DNA of 64,000 nt from Bradyrhizobium sp. (GCF_049519115.1 NZ_JBEKRB010000007.1:103798-167797); one strand, 5' to 3'. Shown: positions 1-9,694, numbered from the stretch's first letter. Program-made: numbers and translations. Notes: generated by a model not told the origin, from the letters alone.

Positions 1-339
1 TTTTTGGCGATTGCCGGCATTTCCCGCGGCCTATTCGGCCGGCTGCTCGGCTCCGGCGTTACCGCCGGCGTGATCGGTGCGGTCTTCTGGTTCTTGCTGG
101 GATCGATCGCCGTTTCCGTCGGGTTCAGTATCTTTGCGTTCATTCTCACGCTGTTCGGCGATGCCATCATGGCCGCAAGCCAGGCGGCGAGCCGCAACGC
201 CGGCCGCGGGGGCAGCGGCTGGTCGACGGGTTCGTCCGGAAGTTCCTGGTCCAGCGGTTCGAGTTCGGGCTCCAGCGACAGCGGGTTTTCCGGCGGCGGT
301 GGCAGTTTCGGCGGCGGCGGCGCGTCGGGGAGCTGGTAG
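1..339 (+). CDS. TPM-domain (YgcG-like) membrane protein, C-terminal part (5' partial)
   Basis: Frame is open from base 1. It has hydrophobic helices and the Gly/Ser tail GGGGSFGGGGASGSW typical of YgcG/TPM proteins, and lies 2 bp upstream of a second TPM gene. Confidence 0.75.
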   Translation, partial: FLAIAGISRGLFGRLLGSGVTAGVIGAVFWFLLGSIAVSVGFSIFAFILTLFGDAIMAASQAASRNAGRGGSGWSTGSSGSSWSSGSSSGSSDSGFSGGGGSFGGGGASGSW

Positions 340-341
340 CG

Positions 342-839
342 ATGAGCCTTACACGCATCAGTAAGCATCTGATCGAGCACCACTGGCGGGTGCGGCGGGT
401 TTTCCCGCAACAAGCGCTCGACCTGATCGAGCAGGCCATCAAGGCGGGCGAGGCGACGCATTCCGGTCAGATCCGTTTTGTCGTCGAAGGCGCGCTCGAC
501 GGCAAGCCGTTGTTCAGCGGGCAATCGGCACGCGAGCGCGCGCTCGATATTTTCTCTCACCTGCGGATCTGGGACACCGTGCACAATAACGGCGTGCTGA
601 TTTATCTCTTGCTCGCCGATCGTGATGTCGAAATCGTCGCCGACCGCGGCATCGACGCCAAGGTCGGCGCGGCCGGTTGGGACAAAATCTGCAAAGCGAT
701 GGAGGCCGATTTCAGAGGCGGCAATTTTTCGGGCGGGGTGATCAAGGGAATTCAAGCCGTCTCGCAACAGCTGGCGACATATTTTCCCAAACAGGGCGCG
801 GGTCCCAACGAACTGCCGGACAAGCCGGTCGTGATGTGA
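342..839 (+). CDS. TPM domain-containing protein (DUF477-like)
   Basis: 165 aa; motifs HSGQIRFVVE, WDT..NNGVLIYLLLADR.VEIVADRGI. Confidence 0.85.
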   Translation: MSLTRISKHLIEHHWRVRRVFPQQALDLIEQAIKAGEATHSGQIRFVVEGALDGKPLFSGQSARERALDIFSHLRIWDTVHNNGVLIYLLLADRDVEIVADRGIDAKVGAAGWDKICKAMEADFRGGNFSGGVIKGIQAVSQQLATYFPKQGAGPNELPDKPVVM

Positions 840-842
840 CGT

Positions 843-948
843 TGTCATTCCGGGGCGCGCGTTAGCGCGAACCCGGAATCCATTTATCCGCGCGCTATTG
901 TGGCTCATGGATTCCGGGCTCGAGGCTTCGCCTCGCCCCGGAATGACA
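843..948. repeat. CGTC/GTC-tagged palindromic REP-like repeat (GTCATTCCGGG type)
   Basis: Outer IR GTCATTCCGGGGCG/CGCCCCGGAATGAC and inner IR CCCGGAATCCAT/ATGGATTCCGGG; lies between convergent genes; related copy at 20141. Confidence 0.85.
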
Positions 949-982
949 CCCAGTCGTGCTACGATGGCCACCGCGCGCGCGT

Positions 983-1633
983 TCACGCCTTCTTGGCAGC
1001 GGCAGGAGGGGTCACAGGGTCAGCCTTCAGCGAAGGCCGCTCGGCGACACGGTCGAACCATGCCTTGATATGGGTGTTGGCGGGATCGATCGATTGCCCG
1101 ACCAGGGCACCGAAATCGAGCCAGCAAAACAGCAGGATGTCGGCCAGCGTGAAGCGTTTGCCGCAGAGATATTCGCGCCCGTCGGCCATCTGGCCGTTGA
1201 GCCAAGCGAGGCGATTGGCCGCGACCATCTTCAAGCCTGCCGAAGCCTCCGGAACGACCGGAACGCGCTTTTCGAAGAACCTCACGGCTTCGCCGAAACG
1301 ATAACCGTTGGCGAGCGGCTCGCAAATATTGAGATCGACGCGGCGCGTCCACATCCGGCATTCCGCACGTTCCTTCGGAGTCGATCCGATCATCGGCGGC
1401 TCCGGCTTGATCTCTTCGAGATATTCGCAGATCGCGGTGATCTCGGAGAGATAGCTGCCATCGTCGAGTTCGAGCGTCGGCATCTGGCCGTGCGGGTTGC
1501 GCTTGATATGTTCGGCCTGCCGGTTTTCGCCGCCGCGCAGATCGACGGTCTGTTTCGGCATCTCGATGCCTTTTTCCGCCATGAAGATGCGAACGATGCG
1601 CGGATTGGGCCCGATCGAGTCGTAAAGTTTCAC
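983..1633 (-). CDS. Glutathione S-transferase family protein
   Basis: KLYDSIGPNPRIVRIF, NPHGQMPTLELDDG, GKRFTLADI motifs. GTG start at 1633 behind a GGGGGAG RBS, shorter than the ORF-track call. Confidence 0.9.
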   Translation of the reverse strand: MKLYDSIGPNPRIVRIFMAEKGIEMPKQTVDLRGGENRQAEHIKRNPHGQMPTLELDDGSYLSEITAICEYLEEIKPEPPMIGSTPKERAECRMWTRRVDLNICEPLANGYRFGEAVRFFEKRVPVVPEASAGLKMVAANRLAWLNGQMADGREYLCGKRFTLADILLFCWLDFGALVGQSIDPANTHIKAWFDRVAERPSLKADPVTPPAAAKKA

Positions 1634-1707
1634 GGCGTTCTCCCCCTCTGTTTTTTTCAACGGCAGGATGAGCAGACCGAAGTAGACCTGTCAAATGGCG
1701 GGGATGC

Positions 1708-2523
1708 TTAACTGTCGTCGAGCTTGTTGAGGTCGCGCACCGATTGCATGATCGGCTCGAAGTTCGAGCGCGCGTCGAGCGCGTCGAACAGTTGCGCGGT
1801 ATCGGACAACAATGCGTGCGAACGCGCGATCGCGATCCGCACATCTTCCTGCGGCGTATCGGACAGCCGTCCATGCCCCGACAGCAGGATTTTCGAGTCG
1901 AGGCCCTTCAGCCGCCCCAGCGACTGGATGTAGTCGCTGATGCTGCCGGAGCCGAACACCCCGCCCATCACGCCGCCGGGCATCAGCGTGTCGGCGGCAA
2001 ACAACAGTCCCTTGTCCTGGTCGAATAGGCTGATGCAGGCCGAGGTGTGGCCCGGCGTGTACATGACATTCAGGCGGAAATCGCCGAGGTCGAGCAGATT
2101 GCCTTCCTCGAGCCAGATGTCGACATTGATCGGCACGTTCGGCTCGTTGAACATCTTGCGCAGCATCGAGAAGTCGTCGCGCAGCATGATCTTGTTGGCG
2201 GCAAGCCGATGCGCCGCGATGATGGTGCGGCTTTCGTTGAAATGCCAGGCGGCGCCGATGTGATCGAGATGCTCGTGGCTCAGGATCACCATGTCGATCT
2301 TGCTTGGTGGACAGTCGAGATGGTTCAGGCACTCCAGCAGAGCTGAGTAGTTCGACGACAGCCCGACATCGATCATGATGGTGCGCAATTTGCCGCGCAC
2401 CAGATAGGCGTTGGCGGCGCGGTTCTTGAACCGGATCTGGTAGACGTTTTCGGCAGCCTGGATCAGCGAGCAGACGTCGTTGTTGAGCAGCACCGGAAAC
2501 GGGCTCGGCTTGCGGTCGCTCAT
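1708..2523 (-). CDS. MBL-fold metallo-hydrolase
   Basis: HEHLDH (HxHxDH), PGHT, AADT and SGHG motifs. Confidence 0.9.
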   Translation of the reverse strand: MSDRKPSPFPVLLNNDVCSLIQAAENVYQIRFKNRAANAYLVRGKLRTIMIDVGLSSNYSALLECLNHLDCPPSKIDMVILSHEHLDHIGAAWHFNESRTIIAAHRLAANKIMLRDDFSMLRKMFNEPNVPINVDIWLEEGNLLDLGDFRLNVMYTPGHTSACISLFDQDKGLLFAADTLMPGGVMGGVFGSGSISDYIQSLGRLKGLDSKILLSGHGRLSDTPQEDVRIAIARSHALLSDTAQLFDALDARSNFEPIMQSVRDLNKLDDS

Positions 2524-2891
2524 GAGTTCGCCGCCTTGAAGGTGACGGCATTGGAGGCGCGCAGGCGTTTACTGAGCGCATCCATCACCATCAGCGCGAA
2601 CGCCGGCTGCTGGCTGACCAGATAGACAAAGCGGGCGTGATTGATCCGCATCACGCGGGTATTGGGCGCAGCCGCGATCGCGGTCGCGGAGCGGGCCGAG
2701 CCGTCGATAACAGCCATCTCGCCAAAAAACTCGCCTTTGCCGAGGGTGACGATCACGGTCTTGCGGCCGTCGTTGAGCTTGGCGATCTCGACCTGGCCGT
2801 CGAGCACGACGAAGAGTTCGCGCCCGGTCGAGCCTTCCTCGAAAACGACCTGATCGACCGCAAACTCGTTGATGCATTTCTCGATGGCCAT
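2520..2891 (-). CDS. Stand-alone cyclic nucleotide-binding domain protein
   Basis: LGKGEFFGEMAVIDGSARSATAIA phosphate-binding cassette. Start ATG at 2891; ATGA overlap with the MBL gene. Confidence 0.85.
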   Translation of the reverse strand: MAIEKCINEFAVDQVVFEEGSTGRELFVVLDGQVEIAKLNDGRKTVIVTLGKGEFFGEMAVIDGSARSATAIAAAPNTRVMRINHARFVYLVSQQPAFALMVMDALSKRLRASNAVTFKAANS

Positions 2892-2953
2892 GGCTCCCCC
2901 GCCCATCTTTTCAAGCCATGTTAGTCGGGAAAGCTGGCGCTGCAAACCGGTCG

Positions 2954-3118
2954 CTAGTGTGGCGGTTCAGAAGTCCGCATCATTTCTGCCGCGAGTTCGT
3001 CATGCGGACTTCTGAACCAAAGCCACACTAGATCAATGGGTTTGCTAGTGTCCTTTCGATTCCGAAGTTCGAAATGTAGCTCCGCAAAACGCGACGAACT
3101 TCGGAATCGGGACACCAG
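2954..3118. repeat. CTAG-capped twin-hairpin element, copy 1
   Basis: Hairpin A is CTAGTGTGGC + 17-bp stem, AAA bulge, GCCACACTAG. After a 13-nt spacer, hairpin B is CTAGTGTCC, TTT bulge, 15-bp stem, GGACACCAG. Confidence 0.9.
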
Positions 3119-3276
3119 CCCGGGGATGGGTTCCGGCCGGGAGGCCGGCGGGGAGGCCGCTGGCTGCCCAAAGACCGCCCCGGTCATTTCCTAAATTTTC
3201 GGTAAGACCTCTGCCAGTTAAGGATTTGGCAAGATATGAAAGTTACCAAATGGTCAATCTTTAATGGAGAATTGCC

Positions 3277-4347
3277 GTGAGCGACCAGCAACCCGAGCCA
3301 ATTGGCGGCGAATCCGGTTCCCTTGACGCAGGTGTTTCCCATCCGTCCAGCGAGGCGGTAACGGCTTCCGCGGCGGCGACCAGCGAAGCGGCGGTCGTGC
3401 CGGTGTCCGAGCCATCCATGCCGGAGCCGTCAATGTCCGAGCCTTCAATGGAGGCAGTGGCGTCGGAGACCCCGAAAGTCGAGGCCCCGAAAGTCGAGGC
3501 CGTGAAGGCCGAGGCGAGCCCTCAGGCAGCCCAGCCGGAAGCCGCGGGTGAGAAAATTTCACCCACCCCCGGCAAGGTCATCGTCATGTCACGGGGCGAT
3601 CGTGCCTGGTCCGATCATGGCGTCCATGCCGAGTCTGAGGCGGCCGGGCAGCAAAGCGTGTTCGGCATGCGCCGAATCGCGGCGATCGCCGCCGTGGTGG
3701 CGCTGGCGATTGCAGCCGGTGCGCTCGGCGGTGCGTTTGCGACCGCGACCCTCATGCATGGCGGCAGCGACACGGCAAGCAACGGCAGCCCGACTTCGCT
3801 CGAGGCTTCGCTGTCGCGGATCGACACCGATATCCAGGCGCTGAAGACCGGCCTCGATCACACCTCCAAACTCGGCTTGAGCCAGTTCAACAAGACCAGC
3901 GAGCGTCTCGACAAGCTCGAGCGTGCGCAGGCCGACCCGGCCGCCAAGATCGCCAAGCTCAGCGAAACCGTCGACAAGCTCCGCGCCGCACCCGCTGCGG
4001 CACCGGCGGCGGCTGCGGCGGCTCCTGCCGCATCTTCCGCCGCGAAGGAAACCACCGGTTCGATCGCACCCGCCCAGCAAGCTTCGGCAACGACGGCTGT
4101 GCCCAAAACCGAAGCCAAGACCGAAGCCAAGGTCGACACGAAGACCGAAGTCGGCCGCTTGCCGACGCTGGAAGATTGGGTGCTGCGCGATGTCGGCTAT
4201 GGCGGCGCCCTGATCGGCGGCCGTCGCGGCACTTACGAAGTCTATGCTGGCGACACGATTCCGGGTCTCGGCCGGGTCGATGCCATCCGCCGCCAGGACG
4301 GCCGCTGGGTGGTCGTGACCAGCCGCGGCCTGATTGTGGCGCGCTAA
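3277..4347 (+). CDS. Hypothetical membrane-anchored protein (low-complexity N-terminus, TM helix, coiled coil, small C-terminal beta domain)
   Basis: 356 aa ORF with GGAGA RBS and GTG start; TM segment IAAIAAVVALAIAAGALGG. Confidence 0.75.
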   Translation: MSDQQPEPIGGESGSLDAGVSHPSSEAVTASAAATSEAAVVPVSEPSMPEPSMSEPSMEAVASETPKVEAPKVEAVKAEASPQAAQPEAAGEKISPTPGKVIVMSRGDRAWSDHGVHAESEAAGQQSVFGMRRIAAIAAVVALAIAAGALGGAFATATLMHGGSDTASNGSPTSLEASLSRIDTDIQALKTGLDHTSKLGLSQFNKTSERLDKLERAQADPAAKIAKLSETVDKLRAAPAAAPAAAAAAPAASSAAKETTGSIAPAQQASATTAVPKTEAKTEAKVDTKTEVGRLPTLEDWVLRDVGYGGALIGGRRGTYEVYAGDTIPGLGRVDAIRRQDGRWVVVTSRGLIVAR

Positions 4348-4489
4348 AAATCCTTCGTCCGGTTCTCACCGTGACGTGAAAGTGCGGCGGTTGTCACAAG
4401 ACAGCCGCCGTCTTTTTGTCTATTTCCTGACCACAAAGCCTCACCCGAAACGTGTGGAATGCGGGCCTCCGCGCGGGGTTTGTCAGGAT

Positions 4490-6076
4490 ATGGGTCTTCC
4501 GTTGCGTTCACTTGTCATCGCCTTCGCGCTCGTCTTTAGTTCGTTGCCGCCAAGCGCTGCGCAAAGTGCGCCGGCGCTGGAGCGCGGCACGGCGGTCACC
4601 GATCCCCTCGCTTTACGTGAACTCGATCGAGGCCCATTCGGCCTTGCGCGGATGCTCTCCGCATCGTCATCGTCGAACAAACCGTTTACCGACGACGCAT
4701 TGTTTGCGTTGTCGGCCATCACGCCGATCCGAAAATCGCTCGACGAGGAGTTCGAACGATATGTGCAGCGGCACAAGGCCGAACTCCCGAACGAAACCAT
4801 CGGCGTCGGGCCGCAATTCGATTTCCAGCTATTCGACCGCGACCAGCTTTATTCGCAGGCCAGCCGCTTTGTGCTCGCCGGTATTGTCAGCCGGATGGAC
4901 CGCGCTTTTGTGGCGCCGGACAGTTGCGGTGAAATCCGGCTGATCTATCGCCTCAGCGAGATCGATGCGCCGCCGGTCGGCGATCACGGCGATCACGGCG
5001 CTTCGGCGCGGCTGCCGATGACGCTTAATCTGGTTTTGAAGGCGAAAGCCGACAAGGCCGACGCCAAGGGCGCGGCACTGACCTGCGCGGCCATTGCCCG
5101 CCGTTGGCTGGAATCAGGTGACTGGCCGCTCGCTGGCGCGGCGCTCGCGGAAAAACTGACGTCCGATGAGGGGCCGTTGGTTTCGATCGGGCCCGAAAAT
5201 ATCGAGCGCATCGAAACCAACCTGCAGATCGCGCATGTGTCGCAGTCGCCGGGCCATGAATTCCGCACCGACTATCTGCTGAAGGTCTTTGACTATAACC
5301 CGCAGGCAAAAGCTTTCGAGGAAGCAACGCTGGAAGACCAGATCGATCGCGAGCGTTTGCTGGCGGATGAAAAGCTCAGGCGGGATTTCAAGGCGTGGCT
5401 GCTCGATCCCACGCATCTGGCGGAATTCGATCGCGGCACGGTCCTGATCCCGAAGGAATTTCTCGCCAAAGCGGCGATCGCGCCGACCCCGATCGGCTTT
5501 GCGGCCTCGCCGGTACAACCAGCTTTCGGCCTTGTGCAGGGCGAGGGCGAAAATCCCCTGTTTTCGACGGATGACGTCGTGACGGCGCTGCAAAAAGCAG
5601 CGGCGCACGGAATCAATTTGCAAAACATCCGTTCGGTTGCAGGCTTCGAGCGCCGTCTCAACGACATCACCTGCGCCGGATGCCACCAGACCCGCGGCAT
5701 CGGCGGATTTCATTTTCCCGGCGTCGACTGGATGGCGGCCCATCCGTCCAACACATTGATCGTGCCGGCCTCGCCGCACTTCTTCGGCGATCAGGTTCGC
5801 CGCCGCGACATTCTGGCCGAAATCCGCGACGGCAAGCCGGTCGATTACAGCCGCGGCTTTTCCGAACGGCCGCAGTTGCGCGGCAGCGGGGAGCTGGTCG
5901 GAACCGAATATGACGACGGCTGGGGCGCGCATTGCTATGGCCTGCATGCCAAAGCCGGCGACAAGGCCGCCGATAACGACCGAAGTTTCGTGTCATGGAG
6001 CTGCGCCAAGGGGCTCGCCTGTCAGGTCATGAGCGAGGCCTCGCGCATGGGCATGTGTTTCGTCGCCAATCAGTAG
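4490..6076 (+). CDS. Secreted hypothetical protein with one CxxCH motif
   Basis: Signal-peptide-like MGLPLRSLVIAFALVFSS from ATG 4490; ITCAGCHQ motif; Cys-rich C-terminus. Confidence 0.7.
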   Translation: MGLPLRSLVIAFALVFSSLPPSAAQSAPALERGTAVTDPLALRELDRGPFGLARMLSASSSSNKPFTDDALFALSAITPIRKSLDEEFERYVQRHKAELPNETIGVGPQFDFQLFDRDQLYSQASRFVLAGIVSRMDRAFVAPDSCGEIRLIYRLSEIDAPPVGDHGDHGASARLPMTLNLVLKAKADKADAKGAALTCAAIARRWLESGDWPLAGAALAEKLTSDEGPLVSIGPENIERIETNLQIAHVSQSPGHEFRTDYLLKVFDYNPQAKAFEEATLEDQIDRERLLADEKLRRDFKAWLLDPTHLAEFDRGTVLIPKEFLAKAAIAPTPIGFAASPVQPAFGLVQGEGENPLFSTDDVVTALQKAAAHGINLQNIRSVAGFERRLNDITCAGCHQTRGIGGFHFPGVDWMAAHPSNTLIVPASPHFFGDQVRRRDILAEIRDGKPVDYSRGFSERPQLRGSGELVGTEYDDGWGAHCYGLHAKAGDKAADNDRSFVSWSCAKGLACQVMSEASRMGMCFVANQ

Positions 6077-6172
6077 AACGCGGGCGCTCTCGCACCGCGC
6101 GAGATTGACAGTAAGCTCACTAATCGTGTTTCATCGCGCCAACGCAACCACCAAGGGATGCGGGGAGGGAAC

Positions 6173-7408
6173 ATGGACGACATCCTGATCGTCGGCGGTG
6201 GCATCGGCGGCCTGACCCTGGGTCTGTCGCTGCACGCGGCCAACATTCCCTGCCGGGTCTTCGAGTCTGCGCCGGAAATCCGTGCGGTTGGCGTTGGCGT
6301 CAATCTGCTGCCGCACGCCACCAAGGAACTCGCCGCGCTCGGGCTTGAGGCAGATCTGGCGCGGGTGGCGATCGAGACCAAAGACGCATCCTTCTTCAAC
6401 CGCTTTGGCCAGTTGATCTACCAGGAGCCGCTCGGGCGCGCGGCCGGTTACGACCATCCGCAGTTCTCGATCCATCGCGGCGACCTGCAAATGGTGCTGC
6501 TCGAAGCCTTCAAGAGCCGCGTCGGCGCCGATCGCATTCTCACCAACCATCACTGTGTCGGCGTCGAGCAGGACGACCACGGTGTCACCTTGCATTTTGC
6601 GTTCGGCTCAAACGATGCAGTCGGCAAGAGCGTGCGCGGTCGCGCTGCGATTGCCTGCGACGGCATCAATTCGGTGATCCGCAAGCAGTTTTTTCCCGAC
6701 GAAGGCGAACCGCGTTATTCCGGCGTCAACATGTGGCGCGGCGTCACGCGATGGAAGCCGATCTTGTCGGGCGCAAGCATGACGCGGGCCGGCTGGCTGT
6801 CGCATGGCAAGATGGTGATCTATCCGATCCGTGAGGCCGGCAGCGATGGCTTGCAACTCATCAACTGGGTCGCCGAGATCGAGACGCCCAATTATCGCCG
6901 GCGCGACTGGAATCGCTCGGGCTCGCTTGACGATTTCATCGGGGCCTTTGCCGACTGGCATTTCGACTGGCTCGACGTCCCCGCCTTCATCCGCGCCGCC
7001 GACAGCGTGCTGGAATTTCCGATGGTCGATCAGGATCCTCTGCCGCAATGGAGCTTCGGCCGCGTCACGCTGCTCGGCGACGCCGCGCACCCGATGGTGC
7101 CGCGCGGCTCCAACGGTGCGGGCCAGGCGATCCTGGACACGCGGGCGATGACCTCGGCGCTGCTCGCCGACGATGATCCCGTCGCGGCGTTTGCGGCCTA
7201 TGAGAAGCAACGGCTGGAGGCGACGACACGCGTGGTTCTCACCAACCGCACCAATCCGCCAGACGCGATCCTGCGCGAAGTCTATCAACGCACCAACGAC
7301 CAGCCGTTCAAGGCGATCGGTGACGTCATCAGCCATGATGAACTGGTCGCGTTGTCCGATAGCTATAAGCAGATCGCGGGCTTTTCCCAAGAAGCGCTGC
7401 GCGCGTGA
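6173..7408 (+). CDS. FAD-dependent aromatic monooxygenase (salicylate hydroxylase-like family)
   Basis: IVGGGIGG, IACDGINS and TLLGDAAHPMVP motifs; ATG 6173 after GGGGAGG. Confidence 0.9.
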   Translation: MDDILIVGGGIGGLTLGLSLHAANIPCRVFESAPEIRAVGVGVNLLPHATKELAALGLEADLARVAIETKDASFFNRFGQLIYQEPLGRAAGYDHPQFSIHRGDLQMVLLEAFKSRVGADRILTNHHCVGVEQDDHGVTLHFAFGSNDAVGKSVRGRAAIACDGINSVIRKQFFPDEGEPRYSGVNMWRGVTRWKPILSGASMTRAGWLSHGKMVIYPIREAGSDGLQLINWVAEIETPNYRRRDWNRSGSLDDFIGAFADWHFDWLDVPAFIRAADSVLEFPMVDQDPLPQWSFGRVTLLGDAAHPMVPRGSNGAGQAILDTRAMTSALLADDDPVAAFAAYEKQRLEATTRVVLTNRTNPPDAILREVYQRTNDQPFKAIGDVISHDELVALSDSYKQIAGFSQEALRA

Positions 7409-8802
7409 CCGGCACATCGCCAAGAGATGCGTCGACCGTCGACGTCGCGACGTTCATCGACGCCCAGCCGGTCGGCGCCTTTCAGGTCAAGCTGCTGCTG
7501 ATCTGCGCGACGGTCCTGTTTCTCGATGGCTTCGACACCACTGCTATCGGCTATGTCGCGCCGGCGCTCGCAAAGGAATGGAATGTGGGCAAGGCCGCGC
7601 TCGGCCCCGTTTTCAGCGCGGGCCTGTTCGGCCTGATGATCGGTGCGTTGGTGTTCGGCCCGCTGGCCGATCGCATCGGGCGCAAGAAGATCATCATTTT
7701 CTCCACGCTCGCGTTCGGTCTTGGCACGCTGGTCACTTCGCTCGTCAACGACGTGAATTCGTTGTTGGCGATCCGGTTTCTGACCGGCCTTGGTCTCGGC
7801 GGCGCGATGCCGAATACGATTGCGCTCACCTCCGAATTCGGCCCGGATCGCCGCCGCGCCACCATGGTGATGGTGATGTTCGTCGGCTTTTCGATCGGGG
7901 CGGCGCTCGGCGGCCTGTTGGCCGCCGCGTTGATTCCGCCATTCGGCTGGCGATCGGTGTTTGTCGTCGGCGGCGCTGCGCCGCTCGTGCTGGTGCCGTT
8001 TCTGGCTTGGCGGCTGCCCGAATCCGTGCGGTTCCTGGCGCTGACCGGCCGCGCCGATCGACGCGTCGCCGAGCTTTTGACCTTCGTCAATGCCAAGGCG
8101 GCCTTCGCCGAAGGCGCTCGCTTTGTCGTCGATGAGCCCGCATTGAAGGGCATTCCGGTCCAGCATCTCTTCAGGGGCGGACGAACGCTTGCCACGCTGT
8201 TGTTGTGGGTGGTGTTCTTCATGAGCCTGCTCGATATTTATTTTCTGTCGAACTGGTTGCCGACCGTGCTCAACGATCTCGGCGCCTCGATCTCTGAAGC
8301 GGCCGCGATCGGCTCGATGCTGCAGGTCGGCGGCGTGGTCGGCACCTTTGCGCTCGGCAGCATCATCGATCGCTTCTCGTTTCGCGCGCTGGCGCTGGTC
8401 TATTTCGTCGCGGTGTTCGCCGTCGGCGCGATCGGCCAGCTCGGACATTCGGCCGCTCTTGTCACGTCAGCGATCTTCGTCGCCGGCTTTTGCATTGTCG
8501 GCGGTCAGATCGCGGCGAATGCGCTCGCCGCCGGATTCTATCCCACGTCAGTCCGAGCGACCGGCGTTGGCTGGGCGCTGGGTGTGGGGCGCATCGGCTC
8601 GATCGTCGGTCCGCTGGTCGGCGGCGTCTTGCTCAGTCTGCAATGGAGCGCGGGCGAAGTGTTTGTGGCCGCAGCCGTGGCTGCGCTGTGCGCCGCACTG
8701 GCCGCGTTTTCGCTGGGCCGGTTGGCCGGATTGGGTGGAACCGGCAGGGATGTTCGCGCATCCGCGCCGCCGCTGGAGGCGGTGACGCGGGCTCGGGCAT
8801 AA
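7405..8802 (+). CDS. MFS aromatic acid:H+ symporter (PcaK-like)
   Basis: LDGFD in TM1, GPLADRIGRK, YPTSVRATGVGWALG; GTGA overlap with the monooxygenase. Confidence 0.9.
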   Translation: MTGTSPRDASTVDVATFIDAQPVGAFQVKLLLICATVLFLDGFDTTAIGYVAPALAKEWNVGKAALGPVFSAGLFGLMIGALVFGPLADRIGRKKIIIFSTLAFGLGTLVTSLVNDVNSLLAIRFLTGLGLGGAMPNTIALTSEFGPDRRRATMVMVMFVGFSIGAALGGLLAAALIPPFGWRSVFVVGGAAPLVLVPFLAWRLPESVRFLALTGRADRRVAELLTFVNAKAAFAEGARFVVDEPALKGIPVQHLFRGGRTLATLLLWVVFFMSLLDIYFLSNWLPTVLNDLGASISEAAAIGSMLQVGGVVGTFALGSIIDRFSFRALALVYFVAVFAVGAIGQLGHSAALVTSAIFVAGFCIVGGQIAANALAAGFYPTSVRATGVGWALGVGRIGSIVGPLVGGVLLSLQWSAGEVFVAAAVAALCAALAAFSLGRLAGLGGTGRDVRASAPPLEAVTRARA

Positions 8803-8840
8803 GATACCTTGGGGCCAGAGTCGTTGCTGGGAGATACGCC

Positions 8841-9005
8841 GTGACCGATCCGACCGGAGAGAGCAAGGAACGCAACCGCGAGATCGCCGCCAATGAAAGC
8901 GCGCGGCAGACCACGAGTTCCGTTCGCGTCAGCGTCTGGGCGATTGGGGCGGCCGTGATCATCGGGTTGGCGGCCTTCGGCTGGGTGGCCCTCCACAACC
9001 AATAG
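8841..9005 (+). CDS. Small single-TM membrane protein (54 aa)
   Basis: GGGAGA RBS then GTG; C-terminal hydrophobic helix VSVWAIGAAVIIGLAAFGWVAL. Confidence 0.55.
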   Translation: MTDPTGESKERNREIAANESARQTTSSVRVSVWAIGAAVIIGLAAFGWVALHNQ

Positions 9006-9038
9006 GCGGCGCGGCAAACTTGACTCGGACGTCTTGGC

Positions 9039-9683
9039 TCAGACGTAGTGCGTCAGGCGTTTGCCTGGCAGGAGGTCGTAAGCCGAACGCCAGCCCGGAA
9101 GGGCCGCCACGCGTTGCAGCCAGCGATCAATCGCGGGATGGCTGGTCTCGAGATCATATCCGGTTTCCTCGGCCGGATAGTGCAGATAGGCGATCATCGA
9201 GATATCCGCGATCGTGGGCTTCACGCCTGCGGCAAAATCGTTTTGCTGCACATGCCGCTCCAAAATGCCCAGGAAATCGTCGAGGCGTTTGCGCAGGAAT
9301 TTCAGAACATTCGGATCTGGCGACGGCGTGAAGGTGCGCATGAAACGATAGGTCGCCATGTAGCCCGAGAGCTTGTGGTTGTCCCAGAACAGCCAGCGCA
9401 GCACTTCGAATTTTTCCTCCGCGCTCTCGCCACCGAGGCGGTCATATTGTTCGGCGAGTTTGAGCAGGATCGGCGCGGTCTGGGTCTGGCGCGCGCCGTC
9501 TTCTTCCAGCACCGGGATTTCGCCCATCTCGTTGACGGTTTTCCGCCACTCCGCGGTTCGCGTCACGCCCCCGGAGAAATCGGTCCACACCGGCTCAAAG
9601 CTCTGGCCGCACAAGGTCAGCATCAGCGCCAGCTTGTAGCTATTGCCGGATTCCGGGAAGTAATGCAGTCGGTAGGTGGGCAT
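9039..9683 (-). CDS. Glutathione S-transferase family protein
   Basis: HYFPESGNSYK, NEMGEIPVLE and PTIADISM motifs. Confidence 0.9.
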   Translation of the reverse strand: MPTYRLHYFPESGNSYKLALMLTLCGQSFEPVWTDFSGGVTRTAEWRKTVNEMGEIPVLEEDGARQTQTAPILLKLAEQYDRLGGESAEEKFEVLRWLFWDNHKLSGYMATYRFMRTFTPSPDPNVLKFLRKRLDDFLGILERHVQQNDFAAGVKPTIADISMIAYLHYPAEETGYDLETSHPAIDRWLQRVAALPGWRSAYDLLPGKRLTHYV

Positions 9684-9694
9684 TCTCGTCACCC

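Noticed and set aside
900-1304. ORFs starting inside the CGTC repeat (900-1304, 956-1711)
   Set aside because: They begin in or beside the repeat and run antisense to GST.
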